56,466 nucleotides of DNA, taken from the NCBI GenBank assembly GCA_017961365.1, contig JAGCXI010000035.1, positions 1 through 56,466 of the forward strand. Reading direction: 5' to 3'. The notes beneath the pieces are model-generated. The model saw only the letters and a program-made list of their open reading frames with translations, searched no databases and had not been told where the DNA came from. How positions within the stretch are numbered: position 1 is the stretch's first letter; each line of letters starts with the position of its first letter. The position numbers were made by a program, and so were the translations under genes. Source of the stretch: Clostridia bacterium. GTDB lineage: Bacteria; Bacillota; Clostridia; Christensenellales; CAG-1252. Below are positions 19,921 through 30,016 of this stretch, in pieces.

Positions 19921-20471
19921 AGCGCCACCTCCAAAACCGCGAGCAAGATCGTGACGCCCATCAGCGCGAAAGGCACGACGGAAAGCGCTGTCGCAAGCGC
20001 CTTTCTGTCATAATCATGCGCGAAACGATCCACAAAATACTTCGATCCGATAAAATAAAACACCCAAACGACAAGCGTCTTGATGACGCCGAGGACGGAA
20101 GAAAGGGCGGGAATGAAAAGCTCGGGCAAACCGATGAGCCCGCAGAGCATAAGGCAGAGGAAGGAAAAAGAGAGGACGATCCCCGAATACTCCCCATAGC
20201 GCAGAGGGAAGGGATAAAGCATGCCGCTGCGCCGCGTGAAGATCACGCCCACGATGCGATACGAAAGATAGACCAATACCTTCGCGAGAAAAGCGGAGAA
20301 GAGCACCATCACCACGGACATCGTAATGAGGAAAGTCGTGTGATTCATCCCCATCGTCTCGGCCGCCATGCTCGCGATCGAGAACGTATACGCTACCTTG
20401 GAGAACCAATACGCCGCACCCGTCAAAAAGAGGAGCAGATAAGGATTCGCTTTTTTTAAAACACCGATCAT
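19917..20471 (-). CDS. Hypothetical membrane protein
   Basis: About 5 hydrophobic helices; 4-nt overlaps with both neighbours. Confidence 0.75.
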   Translation of the reverse strand: MIGVLKKANPYLLLFLTGAAYWFSKVAYTFSIASMAAETMGMNHTTFLITMSVVMVLFSAFLAKVLVYLSYRIVGVIFTRRSGMLYPFPLRYGEYSGIVLSFSFLCLMLCGLIGLPELFIPALSSVLGVIKTLVVWVFYFIGSKYFVDRFAHDYDRKALATALSVVPFALMGVTILLAVLEVAL

Positions 20472-21403
20472 TTTTTCCTCGCTTCGATGGCTTCCGCGAT
20501 CGCGAGATCCATCGCGTTTTCCACGCTTATATTTCCCGTCTTGAAGGCTTCTTCGAGCGCATATAATTTCATCAGCACGGAAAGAAGCTGTCTTTGGCTA
20601 TATTGCGCCGCCGCCTTCTTCGCCTTCTGTAAAGGATAAACCGAGACGCCGAGCGAAGCAGCCAATTCCGCGTCCGGCATGGAGGGCGAAAGCTTCGCGT
20701 CAAGCATCAAACGGACTTGATCCGTAAGGCGGGTGAAGAAAGGCGAATATTCATAAGCATTCCGCGCCAAGGAGGAAAGGACTTCATAGGCGCCTTTATA
20801 GCTCCCGCGGGCGATGGCATCCGTGAAATCGAAGACGCGATAGGAATAAGAGGGCTCGACATAGCGATCCACCATGGCGTCGTCGATCATTCCCAGCGGG
20901 ACGAGCTTAATGAGCTCATTCTTGATACGCGTCATATTCTGCTCGGCGTATTGCACGAGTTTCTTCGCGGCGGAAGGCGCGATGCTGCCTCCCATCTCTT
21001 CCGCGAGACGGGCGACATAGGGCGTGAGCTCACTTTCCGTCAAGACGCCGAAAGAATATTTCTTCGCGCCGGGGACATTCCCCTCGCAGTTATACAGCAC
21101 GAGGACGCCCGTGGGAGAGGGCTCCTCGAGATATTTCACGATCTCTTTGATCTCCGCTTCTTTGAGCTTTCGGTCGCGAATGACCGCGACTTTCCTCTCG
21201 GAGAGCATCGGGAAATTCTGCACCCCCCAGATCGCTTCGTCGACGGGCTGCTCCGAAGAGAGGACGGTCGTATCGAGATCGGAAGAGAGCGCAAGGAGAT
21301 CCTTATACGCCAGCTCCGACCAATATTTATCCTCGCCTTCGATCTGATAAAGCGGAGCGATCTCCCCTCTCGCGATCTGCGCTTTGAATTCGTAATACAG
21401 CAT
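20468..21403 (-). CDS. holA: DNA polymerase III subunit delta
   Basis: PLYQIEGED, FPMLSERKV, NELIKL, VFDFTDAI, FKTG; typical length. Confidence 0.85.
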   Translation of the reverse strand: MLYYEFKAQIARGEIAPLYQIEGEDKYWSELAYKDLLALSSDLDTTVLSSEQPVDEAIWGVQNFPMLSERKVAVIRDRKLKEAEIKEIVKYLEEPSPTGVLVLYNCEGNVPGAKKYSFGVLTESELTPYVARLAEEMGGSIAPSAAKKLVQYAEQNMTRIKNELIKLVPLGMIDDAMVDRYVEPSYSYRVFDFTDAIARGSYKGAYEVLSSLARNAYEYSPFFTRLTDQVRLMLDAKLSPSMPDAELAASLGVSVYPLQKAKKAAAQYSQRQLLSVLMKLYALEEAFKTGNISVENAMDLAIAEAIEARKK

Positions 21404-21763
21404 CTATGCTTTCTCCCCGAAAATAAGATCCGCCGTGGCGATGAGATCCACCCCACTCCCCGCAACGTCTTTTACGACGACTTCGCCCGCTTTGTAGGAA
21501 CGATCCAAAAGCACCTTCGCCGCCGCCTGCAAGACCGCGGATACCTGCGCTTTGCGGAAAGGCTCGGAGGTCTTCACGCTGAGCACGCCGCCCCCTTTCA
21601 CCTTGAGGAGCGTCGTGACCATGCGTTTGGGATCGACGTATTCATTGACGCCGTATTTCTCGCCCCGCGGACAGGTATTTCCCCTGACCTTCACGACGCC
21701 GTCTTGCTCTTCTATCGTAAGCGCGCACCCCATTGGGCACATAATGCAAGTGGTCTCCATCAT
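21404..21763 (-). CDS. DUF1667 family protein
   Basis: CIMCPMGC, GNTCPRG, PKRMVTT. Confidence 0.9.
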   Translation of the reverse strand: MMETTCIMCPMGCALTIEEQDGVVKVRGNTCPRGEKYGVNEYVDPKRMVTTLLKVKGGGVLSVKTSEPFRKAQVSAVLQAAAKVLLDRSYKAGEVVVKDVAGSGVDLIATADLIFGEKA

Positions 21764-22995
21764 TCCTCCAATGCGACGGAGATATCGCCTTTGATAAGCG
21801 ATTTCTCGATCTCGATCTGTTGCATCTCGCCCGGGGCGAGCACCATCGTCTTCTTCCTTTTCAAAAGTTCGTCGCCGGAGCGCACGACGACGCTCTTCCC
21901 GCGGTACACTTTATTCACGCGGAAATAAAGCCGCACCTTGCCTTCGCCCTTATGGACTCTCTGCGGCAAGACGTAGCGAACGCCTTCCCCCGCCGCTACG
22001 GAGACGCACTCTCCCTGCGAGAGCTTGCCCGCGGCATATTGCGCCGCCGACTTTCCCGCAATGAAGGCTTCCTCGCTGACATTGTCCACGAGATCATGCA
22101 CGTGGAGCACATTGCCCGCGGAGAATATCCCCGAAACGGAAGTCTGCCGATATTCATCCACGACGGCGCCCGCCGTCACCGGACTCATCTCGACGTCCAT
22201 CCCCGTGAGAAGGTCATTCTCGGGAATCAGCCCGACGGAAAGGAGGAGGGTGTCACAAGGAACGTATTCTTCCTTTTCGAGGATCGGCTGCAATTTCTCG
22301 TCCACGGGAGCGATATACACGCCCGTAAGGCGTTCCTTCCCCGTGACCCGCGTCACCGTAGTGGAATAACGAAGCGGGATGTCGTAATCCTGCAAACACT
22401 GCACGATATTTCTTTTCAAACCGCTACTGAACGGCATAATCTCCATCACGAGCTTCACCTTCGCGCCTTCGCTCGTCATGCGGCGCGCCATAATGAGCCC
22501 GATATCGCCGCTGCCGAGGATCACCGCTTCTTTCCCGACGAGGAATCCTCCGACATTGGAGAGACGCTGCGCCATACCCGCCGTATAGATGCCTGCGGGG
22601 CGCGTGCCCATAAGCCCGATCGCGCCTGCGCTACGCTCGCGACAGCCCATCGCAAGCACGATGCTGCCCGCCGAAAGCTCGATGAAACCTTGCGTGGGCG
22701 AGACCGCCGTCACGTTTCTTTCCTCCGTCAGAGAAAGCACCATCGCCTCGAGATACACCGTGACGCCGCGATCCGCGAGCACTTTTTCGCGGAAACGCGC
22801 CGCATATTCGGGACCCGTCAGCTCCTCGCCGAAATAATGAAGACCGAAGCCGTTATGGATACATTGATTCAAGATGCCGCCCAGCCTGACGTCACGCTCG
22901 AGGATCGCGACGGAAGCGCCTTCTTCCCTCGCGCCGAGCGCCGCCGCCATTCCCGCGGGACCGCCGCCTATGATGACTACGTCAAAGTGTTTCAT
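21760..22995 (-). CDS. FAD/NAD(P)-dependent oxidoreductase
   Basis: GGGPAG, GGILNQCIHNGFG, GSGDIGLIMARR, GNVLHVHD. Confidence 0.92.
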   Translation of the reverse strand: MKHFDVVIIGGGPAGMAAALGAREEGASVAILERDVRLGGILNQCIHNGFGLHYFGEELTGPEYAARFREKVLADRGVTVYLEAMVLSLTEERNVTAVSPTQGFIELSAGSIVLAMGCRERSAGAIGLMGTRPAGIYTAGMAQRLSNVGGFLVGKEAVILGSGDIGLIMARRMTSEGAKVKLVMEIMPFSSGLKRNIVQCLQDYDIPLRYSTTVTRVTGKERLTGVYIAPVDEKLQPILEKEEYVPCDTLLLSVGLIPENDLLTGMDVEMSPVTAGAVVDEYRQTSVSGIFSAGNVLHVHDLVDNVSEEAFIAGKSAAQYAAGKLSQGECVSVAAGEGVRYVLPQRVHKGEGKVRLYFRVNKVYRGKSVVVRSGDELLKRKKTMVLAPGEMQQIEIEKSLIKGDISVALEE

Positions 22996-24427
22996 ATCCG
23001 TCCTTCACCTCGTACGGCGCGATCTCGCTGCCCGCGTCGCCCTTCCTGACCGCCGTCATCGGAATGCCGAGCTCGCGCGAAAGGATCTCCATCACTCTCG
23101 GCTGACAGAACCCGCCTTGACATCTGCCCATTCCCGCGCGCACCCGTCTCTTGACGGCGTCCACCGTCTTTGCGGGGACGGGAGAATGCACGGCGCGAAC
23201 GATCTCCCCTTCCGTCACCTTCTCACAGCGGCAGACGATCCTTCCGAAAGCGGGATCTTCCTTCGCCTTCGCCGCGATCTCTTCCGCGGAAGACTCTCTG
23301 AAACGGAAAGCTTTGGGAAGCGGGATCATCTTCTCCTTCTTCTCAAGCGAAAGCTTCTTCGCCGCTTCTTCCGCCACATATTCGCCGATCGCGGGCGCGG
23401 AAGTCAGCCCGGGAGAACAGATCCCGAGAAGCATATAAAAACCGGGGACTTTCGCAGACTCTTCTATGATGAAATCACCGCCGACCGCCGTGCGCGTGCC
23501 GGCATATACGCGGATCGCCGAGCGAACGTTCACGCCCTTCATCAAGCGCGCCGCGCCTTCCCTCACAGCAAGAAGCCCTTCCGCCGTAACGGCATTGCGC
23601 TCCGCTTCTTCGTGGGGCACTTTGCGCGACGTGGGACCGAGGATCACATTCCCGTCCGCCGTCGGCGCGACAAGGATCCCTTTCCCTCTCTCATCGGGAA
23701 GCGGGAAGACGACGGTGCGCACGACGCCCGCCTCTTTATGATCGAGGATATAATAATCACCTACGGCGTGGGTCTCTTGATAAGGCTCTTCGCCGATGAG
23801 GGCATTCACCTCCGCCGCGCCCGCGCCCGCCGCATTCACGACAAAACGAGCGGCATAGACTTCTTTCTCCGTGCGCACGCTGAAAAGCGCTCCTTCTTTC
23901 GAGAGCGCGATCACTTTCTCCTCAAGGCGCACTTCCGCTCCGTTCGTCACCGCGTGATCCGCAAAAGCGATGGTGAGCTGATAAGGCGAGACGACCCCCG
24001 CCTCCGGCGCATACAGGGCGTATTCTATGTCATCCGCGATATTCGGTTCGAGAGCGCGAACCGCGTCCCTGCCGAGGATCTCCACTTTCACGCCATTCCT
24101 GACGCCGCGATCACGGAGCACTTCGAGCGCGGAAAGCCCCTCCTTCCTCGCCGCCACGAGAGAGCCGACCTTTTGATAAGGCACGTCGAGCTCCGCGGTC
24201 AGAGACGGGAACATCGCCGCTCCTTTTACATTGAAATAAGCCTTCTTCGTGCCCGACTCCGCGTCATAGCCCGCATGCACGATGCCGCTGTTTGCACGGC
24301 TGGATCCGCAAGCGACGTCGGAGGACTTCTCCAAAAGAAGCACTTTCGCTTTATAAGCGGCAAGGCTCCTCAGGACTGCCGTCCCGACGACGCCTCCGCC
24401 GATCACGATCACGTCATAAACATTCAT
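22982..24427 (-). CDS. GlpA/LhgO-like FAD oxidoreductase with BFD-like [2Fe-2S] domain
   Basis: GGGVVG, NSGIVHAG, SPGLTSAPAI, CRCE...GMGRCQGGFC. Confidence 0.9.
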   Translation of the reverse strand: MNVYDVIVIGGGVVGTAVLRSLAAYKAKVLLLEKSSDVACGSSRANSGIVHAGYDAESGTKKAYFNVKGAAMFPSLTAELDVPYQKVGSLVAARKEGLSALEVLRDRGVRNGVKVEILGRDAVRALEPNIADDIEYALYAPEAGVVSPYQLTIAFADHAVTNGAEVRLEEKVIALSKEGALFSVRTEKEVYAARFVVNAAGAGAAEVNALIGEEPYQETHAVGDYYILDHKEAGVVRTVVFPLPDERGKGILVAPTADGNVILGPTSRKVPHEEAERNAVTAEGLLAVREGAARLMKGVNVRSAIRVYAGTRTAVGGDFIIEESAKVPGFYMLLGICSPGLTSAPAIGEYVAEEAAKKLSLEKKEKMIPLPKAFRFRESSAEEIAAKAKEDPAFGRIVCRCEKVTEGEIVRAVHSPVPAKTVDAVKRRVRAGMGRCQGGFCQPRVMEILSRELGIPMTAVRKGDAGSEIAPYEVKDGYETL

Positions 24428-24429
24428 AA

Positions 24430-24963
24430 TTATTGCTGAATAAATTTCTCCCGATACAAGGTGATCGCTTCGCGAACGATCTCGAGCGCTCTGTCTCTGC
24501 CGAAGATCTCCATCACGGTGGTCTCTTTATGCTCGAGCTGTTTATACACATTGAAGAAGTGGGCGATCTCCTGCACGATATGGGGCGGAAGCTCTCCGAC
24601 GTCACGATAATTATTGAAGGTGGGATCGCGGAAAGGCACGGCGATGATCTTATAATCGAAGGCGCCGCCGTCGATCATCGCCATCACCCCGATGGGATAA
24701 CACTGCACGATGGCAAGGGGCGCGATCTGCTCACTGCAAAGGACGAGGACGTCCAAAGGGTCCTTGTCGTCGGCATAGGTCAAAGGGATGAAACCGTAAT
24801 TCGCGGGATAATGCGTGGACGTATAAAGCACTCTGTCCAAGATGAGCGCGCCCGTGGTTTTATCGAGCTCGTACTTATTCTTACTGCCTTTGCTGATCTC
24901 GATGACGGCGATAAAGTCTTGCGGACTGATGCGTTCGGGATCCATATCACGCCATAAATTCAT
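24430..24963 (-). CDS. ppa: Inorganic pyrophosphatase, family I
   Basis: NKYELDK, YPANYGFIP, DKDPLD, FFNVYK. Confidence 0.95.
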   Translation of the reverse strand: MNLWRDMDPERISPQDFIAVIEISKGSKNKYELDKTTGALILDRVLYTSTHYPANYGFIPLTYADDKDPLDVLVLCSEQIAPLAIVQCYPIGVMAMIDGGAFDYKIIAVPFRDPTFNNYRDVGELPPHIVQEIAHFFNVYKQLEHKETTVMEIFGRDRALEIVREAITLYREKFIQQ

Positions 24964-24995
24964 AAGAAAACCTCCTGAAAATCTTCCAATATATT

Positions 24996-25024
24996 ATTTT
25001 AGCACTATAATAAATATATTTCAA
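24996..25024 (-). promoter_or_regulatory. sigma-A promoter of the ppa operon
   Basis: TTGAAA-17-TAAAAT with extended TG. Confidence 0.7.
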
Positions 25025-25071
25025 GAGGTATGAAGCGAATAATCGCATTTTCCCGCCGAAACGCCCGAGAT

Positions 25072-25100
25072 AAAAAAACGTACCGCCCGAAAGCGGTACG
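25072..25100 (-). terminator. Intrinsic terminator downstream of rel
   Basis: CGTACCGC/GCGGTACG stem plus T7 on minus strand. Confidence 0.8.
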
Positions 25101-25273
25101 AGAATCGAGTTAAGCCGGCGCCGGCGCTTTTCAAGGGGTATCTCATTTCTTCGAAAAGACTTTTTTCTTTCGTACACTGCATAGTATGACGGAAGAAGAA
25201 AAAATGTGAAGCGAAAGTGAGATGCGGCTTTGCCCCTCAGGGCGAAACGTCCGAAAAGCGCTCAATTATGTTT

Positions 25274-27418
25274 TTATCCGCGGACGACGTCCGTGACCGA
25301 CTTGATCTGCATCAGCTTATTTTTCAAAGAAATCAACTCTTCCCTGCCCGCAAGCTCGGCGGTGACCTCGATCTTGACTTTTTTGTCCTTATCCACCGCG
25401 GCGGCGATATGCGTAAGCTCCACGTTCATCGAAGAGAAGAGCTCGGTGACTTTATTGATCGCGGACGTTTCGTCCGCAAAGACGACGAGGGTGACGGAGA
25501 ATTTCCCCGCAACGACGCCGCTCCATTCCGCTTTGATCAAGCGATCATTCTCGAGCTCGGTGACATTCTTACAATCCGCGCGATGCACGTTGATCCCCCT
25601 GCCGCGCGTGACATAGCCGATGATGCGATCTCCGGGAAGCGGATTGCAACATTTGCAGAGATGGACCTGCATCCCGTCCTCGCCGTCGATCAGCACGTTA
25701 TTTCCCGAAGAGGACGGCTTGCGAACGACGGTCTGCTTCGCCTCTTCTTTCGGAATGGTCTGCAGATAACGATGGACGAGCTTATCGATGATCTGTTTGG
25801 GCTTAAGCTCTCCGCATCCCACAGCGGCGAGCACGTCGTCCGCGGAGGAGAAGGACTGTCTTTCCGCCGTCTCATAGATCCAGCTCTCCACCATAAGCTC
25901 CTTCGCGCTGTATCCCGCTTTCTTGCAGGCGGCGATGAGCATATCCCGTCCGATACGGACATTCTCCTCCCGCATCGTTCTTTTGAAATACTGACGGATC
26001 CTCGCCTTCGTGGAGGGCGACGCGACGAAACGGAGCCAATCGCGGCTCGGCTTTGCCGAAGCGGAGGTGATGATCTCCACGATATCCCCCGTTTTGAGCT
26101 TCGTGGAGAGGGAGACGATCTTCATATTGATCTTGCCGCCCGTACATTTATTTCCGACGTCGCTATGGATGGCGTAGGCAAAGTCCACCACCGTGGAGCC
26201 TGCGGGCAGATTGATGACATCGCCGCGCGGCGTAAAGACGAAGACCTCGTCATTGAACATCTCCGTCTTCAAGGCGGCGACGTATTCCTGACTGTCCTCG
26301 ACGTCCGACTCATGGAGCGCCATCACCTCGCGGATCCACTTGATCTTCTCGTCGAGGGTGCGATCCGTCTTCCCGTCTTTATACTTCCAGTGCGCGGCGA
26401 TACCGTACTCGGCAAGGCGATGCATCTCTTTCGTGCGGATCTGCACCTCGAAGGGGGCGCCGAACTCATTCAAAACCGTGGTGTGGAGCGACTGATACAT
26501 ATTCGCCTTGGGCATCGCGATATAATCCTTAAAGCGCCCGGGAAGAGGCGTCCAAAGGGAATGCACGATCCCGAGGACATTATAGCAATCCTTCACCGTA
26601 TCCACGATGATGCGGATCGCCATCAGATCATAGATCTGGTCGATAGAAGACTGCTGCCGCTTCATCTTCCTGTATATGCTGTAAAAATGCTTGGAGCGAC
26701 CGTTGATCTCATAGGGAATGCCGAGCTGTTCGTCGAGCTTTGCCTTCAGCTCTTCGCTGACCTTCCTTACGAAATCATCCCTCTCCTCTTTCTTGGAGGA
26801 GATAAGATCCACAAGTTCGTAATACTCTTTGGGATAAAGATAACGCATGGAGAGATCTTCGAGCTCTCCCTTGATCTGCGACATCCCGAGGCGAGCGGCG
26901 AGCGGCGCATAGATATCCATCGTCTCTTGCGCGATCGCCTGACGGGACTCCTCCGGCTTATAGGAAAGAGAGCGCATATTATGCAGCCGATCCGCAAATT
27001 TGATAATGATGACGCGCACGTCCTTCGCCATCGCAAGGAGCATCTTGCGGAGGTTTTCCGCTTGCGCTTGTTCTTTGCTTTTGAATTGGAGCTTATTCAG
27101 CTTCGTGACCCCTTCGACGAGCATCGTCACCCCCGCGCCGAAGCGCTCTTCCAAGATCTCATGCGTGGCGTCCGTGTCTTCGATGACGTCATGGAGGAAG
27201 CCCGCCGCCACGGTCTCGGCATCCATCCCGAGGTCAAGGAGGATATTCGCCACATGGCAAGGATGAATGATATAGGGCTCGCCCGAGAGCCGGAACTGCC
27301 CTTCGTGCTTTTCTTTCGCGAAGGCAAAAGCCGAGAGAACGAGCTCGCACTGCGTGCCCGAGAAAACGTGCTTGACTTTTTCTATGAGTTCATTCTCGTC
27401 TATCGTGATCTTCGTCAT
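25274..27418 (-). CDS. rel: Bifunctional (p)ppGpp synthetase/hydrolase Rel
   Basis: LHDVIED hydrolase, GRFKDY and EVQIRT synthetase, TGS, CKCC..HRADC, ACT domain. Confidence 0.97.
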   Translation of the reverse strand: MTKITIDENELIEKVKHVFSGTQCELVLSAFAFAKEKHEGQFRLSGEPYIIHPCHVANILLDLGMDAETVAAGFLHDVIEDTDATHEILEERFGAGVTMLVEGVTKLNKLQFKSKEQAQAENLRKMLLAMAKDVRVIIIKFADRLHNMRSLSYKPEESRQAIAQETMDIYAPLAARLGMSQIKGELEDLSMRYLYPKEYYELVDLISSKKEERDDFVRKVSEELKAKLDEQLGIPYEINGRSKHFYSIYRKMKRQQSSIDQIYDLMAIRIIVDTVKDCYNVLGIVHSLWTPLPGRFKDYIAMPKANMYQSLHTTVLNEFGAPFEVQIRTKEMHRLAEYGIAAHWKYKDGKTDRTLDEKIKWIREVMALHESDVEDSQEYVAALKTEMFNDEVFVFTPRGDVINLPAGSTVVDFAYAIHSDVGNKCTGGKINMKIVSLSTKLKTGDIVEIITSASAKPSRDWLRFVASPSTKARIRQYFKRTMREENVRIGRDMLIAACKKAGYSAKELMVESWIYETAERQSFSSADDVLAAVGCGELKPKQIIDKLVHRYLQTIPKEEAKQTVVRKPSSSGNNVLIDGEDGMQVHLCKCCNPLPGDRIIGYVTRGRGINVHRADCKNVTELENDRLIKAEWSGVVAGKFSVTLVVFADETSAINKVTELFSSMNVELTHIAAAVDKDKKVKIEVTAELAGREELISLKNKLMQIKSVTDVVRG

Positions 27419-27427
27419 ATATCGATT

Positions 27428-27455
27428 ATTATATCATATCCCTAAAAAGAGACAA
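27428..27455 (-). promoter_or_regulatory. Promoter of rel (near-leaderless)
   Basis: TTGTCT-16-TATAAT with extended TG, 10 nt before ATG; no SD. Confidence 0.55.
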
Positions 27456-27471
27456 GCTTTTTTTCGCGGTT

Positions 27472-27687
27472 TCAGGATGTTTTTCGCCTAAAAGCAAGGA
27501 CGAAAAGAGCGACAGCCGAAACAAGATAAAAAGCGGAGAGCGCGACGCCCGTCCGAAAACAGAAGACAGGGATCGTTCCCGAATGCAGAAAGGAGAGCAC
27601 GGCGAAAAGCAGGAAGGCGAGAAACACCGCCGCCATAGCCGCTGCCACGATGATAAAGAGCTTCCATTCCCTGCCGAGCTTATTCAA
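27472..27687 (-). CDS. Small two-TM membrane protein
   Basis: Two hydrophobic helices; GGAGG RBS; overlaps upstream stop. Confidence 0.65.
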   Translation of the reverse strand: MNKLGREWKLFIIVAAAMAAVFLAFLLFAVLSFLHSGTIPVFCFRTGVALSAFYLVSAVALFVLAFRRKTS

Positions 27688-30016
27688 AATAAACCTCCAA
27701 TGCCTTCATCTCGTCGAGCGAAGCGACTTTCACGGTCTGAAAATCGAGGTTTGAGCCCATTTCCGTCCCTTCGAGCGTCGTCGCGGCGTAAATGTAATTC
27801 ATTCCGCTGAAAAGATCTTGGACGAGGAGGGCGCCCACACCGTGATCCGGCCCCGCTCCCACGTACGCATTCTGCAAAAACAGGATGGGATAGATGCGAT
27901 ACGCGACATAATGCGCGGCGCCGCAGATGCCGCCCGTGAAGGTGTTTTCGTCGCCCGTCGTGACCGCCCCCGTATAGAAGGACTTTTGAATGCTGCCGTA
28001 GCTGCATCCCGCGATCCCGCCGAGATAGACATAAGCTTTCTTGCCCTCTTCCCACTGCGTGACGGAGGCGCTGACATCCGCGATCTGGCGGCAGGCGGAG
28101 ATATCGTTATTTGCGTCGTTTCGCGCGGTGATGCCGCCTGCATAGGCGCTGTCCGACGTGCTGACTGCCGACACCTTCCCGAGCCCGGAGCAGGAAGTCA
28201 CCGTGCCCGCATAGATATCATACGTGCGGTTAATGGCGGTGATCCCGCCCGAATAGGCATAAGCATTCTTTCCTTTCGCGCTGACCTCCGCGTGATTCAG
28301 AGAGGTCGTGATCGCGCCGAAATTCAGTCCGACGACGCCGCCCGCACACGCGGCGGAAAGCTCCTCTTCGGGCGCGGAAAGGCTCGCCGTGCTCTCGATC
28401 TCTCCGTAATTCTCGCAATCCACGACGTTCGTGAAATTATCCTTCGCAATCCCCGCTGCGCAAGCTTCGTCCGTGGAGCTATACGCCGTGATTTTTCCGC
28501 GGGAGAGATTCCCGTACAGCCCGACTTCGGTGAGCGTTGGATTTGCATTCTCCGCACGCTCATTCCGACAGACGATGCCCGCCGCAAAGGCGTATCCGTA
28601 CGCGCCCCGCGCCGTGACGTCTCCTTCATTCTTGCAGTCTTTTACGACGCCCGTATTCATGCATGCGATGCCCGCCGCATATGCCGCGGCAACGGAGGCG
28701 CCCTCCTCGAGGGAAGCCAATGCGATCTCGGAGGTGATGCTCGCGCCATTCACCGAGCGATACACCCCACCCTCATTTTCCGCGACGATCCCCGCCACAT
28801 TCGGATTCCATCTCGAGATAGTCGTGCGCTGCGTAAACTCGACGGAGGAGCCGCATTCCGTGATATTCCCCGCCGCTTTATTGCGCGCGGCGATGCCCGC
28901 CATATCCACCGCGACGGAGGTGACTTTTCCTTGCGCGAAGCAGCCTTTGATCGTGCCCCGATTCTCGCCGACGAACGCCGCGAAATAACTATTGCCGCCT
29001 TCTTCTCCCGTAAATGCCAAGGTGACTACGGCGGTGCTGTCCGATATGATCCCTTCATTCACCGTGGCAAAAAGAGAAAAAACGTTGGTGACGGAGGTTT
29101 CGTCGTCTTCCGCGTTCTCCTCGACAAGAGTGTCCGAGAAAGACTCTTTTGCATAGGAAAGATCCTTGGTCACGACCGAAACGTTCTCCAATTTTCCTAA
29201 GTTTTTTCCGATCACTGCGCGCGCGGGATAGCCCTCCTCCAAGACGAAAGTGACGTCCTTCAAAACGCCCGTGAAGACTTCTGCGAAAGGCGTCGTCAGA
29301 TGAATGATATGATCCCCGCCGAGGATCACGGCGGAGACCTCTTCCGCCGTCGAGGAAAGCGTAAGATCCCTCTCGACGGAGATCGTATCTTCTTCGGACA
29401 AAAGCGAGGTCATCTCTTTCGCATTTCGGACGCGATAAGGATGTTTCGTCGTCCCCAGCCCCGAATACGCCGCGAGAGACAAGCTCAGCGCGAGGGTCAA
29501 AGAAAAGAGCGAAAGCAGGACGACGGCAGAAATTCGGAGGATTTTCTTTTGCAGATAAGGCATCGGTTCTTTGGGCAAGATCAGGGCGTCTCCCTTTCGC
29601 GCGACGCCTTCCCCGAGCCGCGTATAATAAATGCGATGAAGGGCGGGAAGATAACGGTCCGCCGCGGGATAGACGGCGTAAAGCTTTTTCAAAGCGCGCG
29701 GCTTGCCGAGGATCGCGAGCATCTCCAAGGGAGAGACTTCCTTCCCTTGATAATGCCGCAGGGCTTTCCCCGCTTTCTTCATAAAGAGGGCATCCGCCTC
29801 TTCGATACGGTCATAACGGATGCGCACGCGTTCTTTCGAGAGCGCGTCGAAATATCGCCGAACGATGCGACGCGACGAAAAAAGATAAAGCAGAGAAAGG
29901 AGCGGGAAACGCCCGAAGACGGCGGAAAATACCTCGGGGGAAGCGATCTCCCCGAAGCCTTTCGCATCGTCCGCGCGGACGATCTCCAAAAGTCTTTTCT
30001 CCGCCTCGAATCTCAT
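27680..30016 (-). CDS. Membrane-anchored GLUG/beta-helix repeat protein with cytoplasmic N-domain
   Basis: About 160-aa basic N-domain, one TM, GLGTTKHPYRV cap, repeated AGIxxxN.G.I..C.N.G.V units; ATG 30016 overlaps upstream stop. Confidence 0.75.
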   Translation of the reverse strand: MRFEAEKRLLEIVRADDAKGFGEIASPEVFSAVFGRFPLLSLLYLFSSRRIVRRYFDALSKERVRIRYDRIEEADALFMKKAGKALRHYQGKEVSPLEMLAILGKPRALKKLYAVYPAADRYLPALHRIYYTRLGEGVARKGDALILPKEPMPYLQKKILRISAVVLLSLFSLTLALSLSLAAYSGLGTTKHPYRVRNAKEMTSLLSEEDTISVERDLTLSSTAEEVSAVILGGDHIIHLTTPFAEVFTGVLKDVTFVLEEGYPARAVIGKNLGKLENVSVVTKDLSYAKESFSDTLVEENAEDDETSVTNVFSLFATVNEGIISDSTAVVTLAFTGEEGGNSYFAAFVGENRGTIKGCFAQGKVTSVAVDMAGIAARNKAAGNITECGSSVEFTQRTTISRWNPNVAGIVAENEGGVYRSVNGASITSEIALASLEEGASVAAAYAAGIACMNTGVVKDCKNEGDVTARGAYGYAFAAGIVCRNERAENANPTLTEVGLYGNLSRGKITAYSSTDEACAAGIAKDNFTNVVDCENYGEIESTASLSAPEEELSAACAGGVVGLNFGAITTSLNHAEVSAKGKNAYAYSGGITAINRTYDIYAGTVTSCSGLGKVSAVSTSDSAYAGGITARNDANNDISACRQIADVSASVTQWEEGKKAYVYLGGIAGCSYGSIQKSFYTGAVTTGDENTFTGGICGAAHYVAYRIYPILFLQNAYVGAGPDHGVGALLVQDLFSGMNYIYAATTLEGTEMGSNLDFQTVKVASLDEMKALEVYFE

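Noticed and set aside
21404-24427. Oxidoreductase-DUF1667 triad as a novel system
   Set aside because: Widespread conserved GlpA-like three-gene module in anaerobes
24947-25177. 76-aa ORF between rel and ppa
   Set aside because: Crosses a strong terminator and the ppa promoter; no RBS or motif
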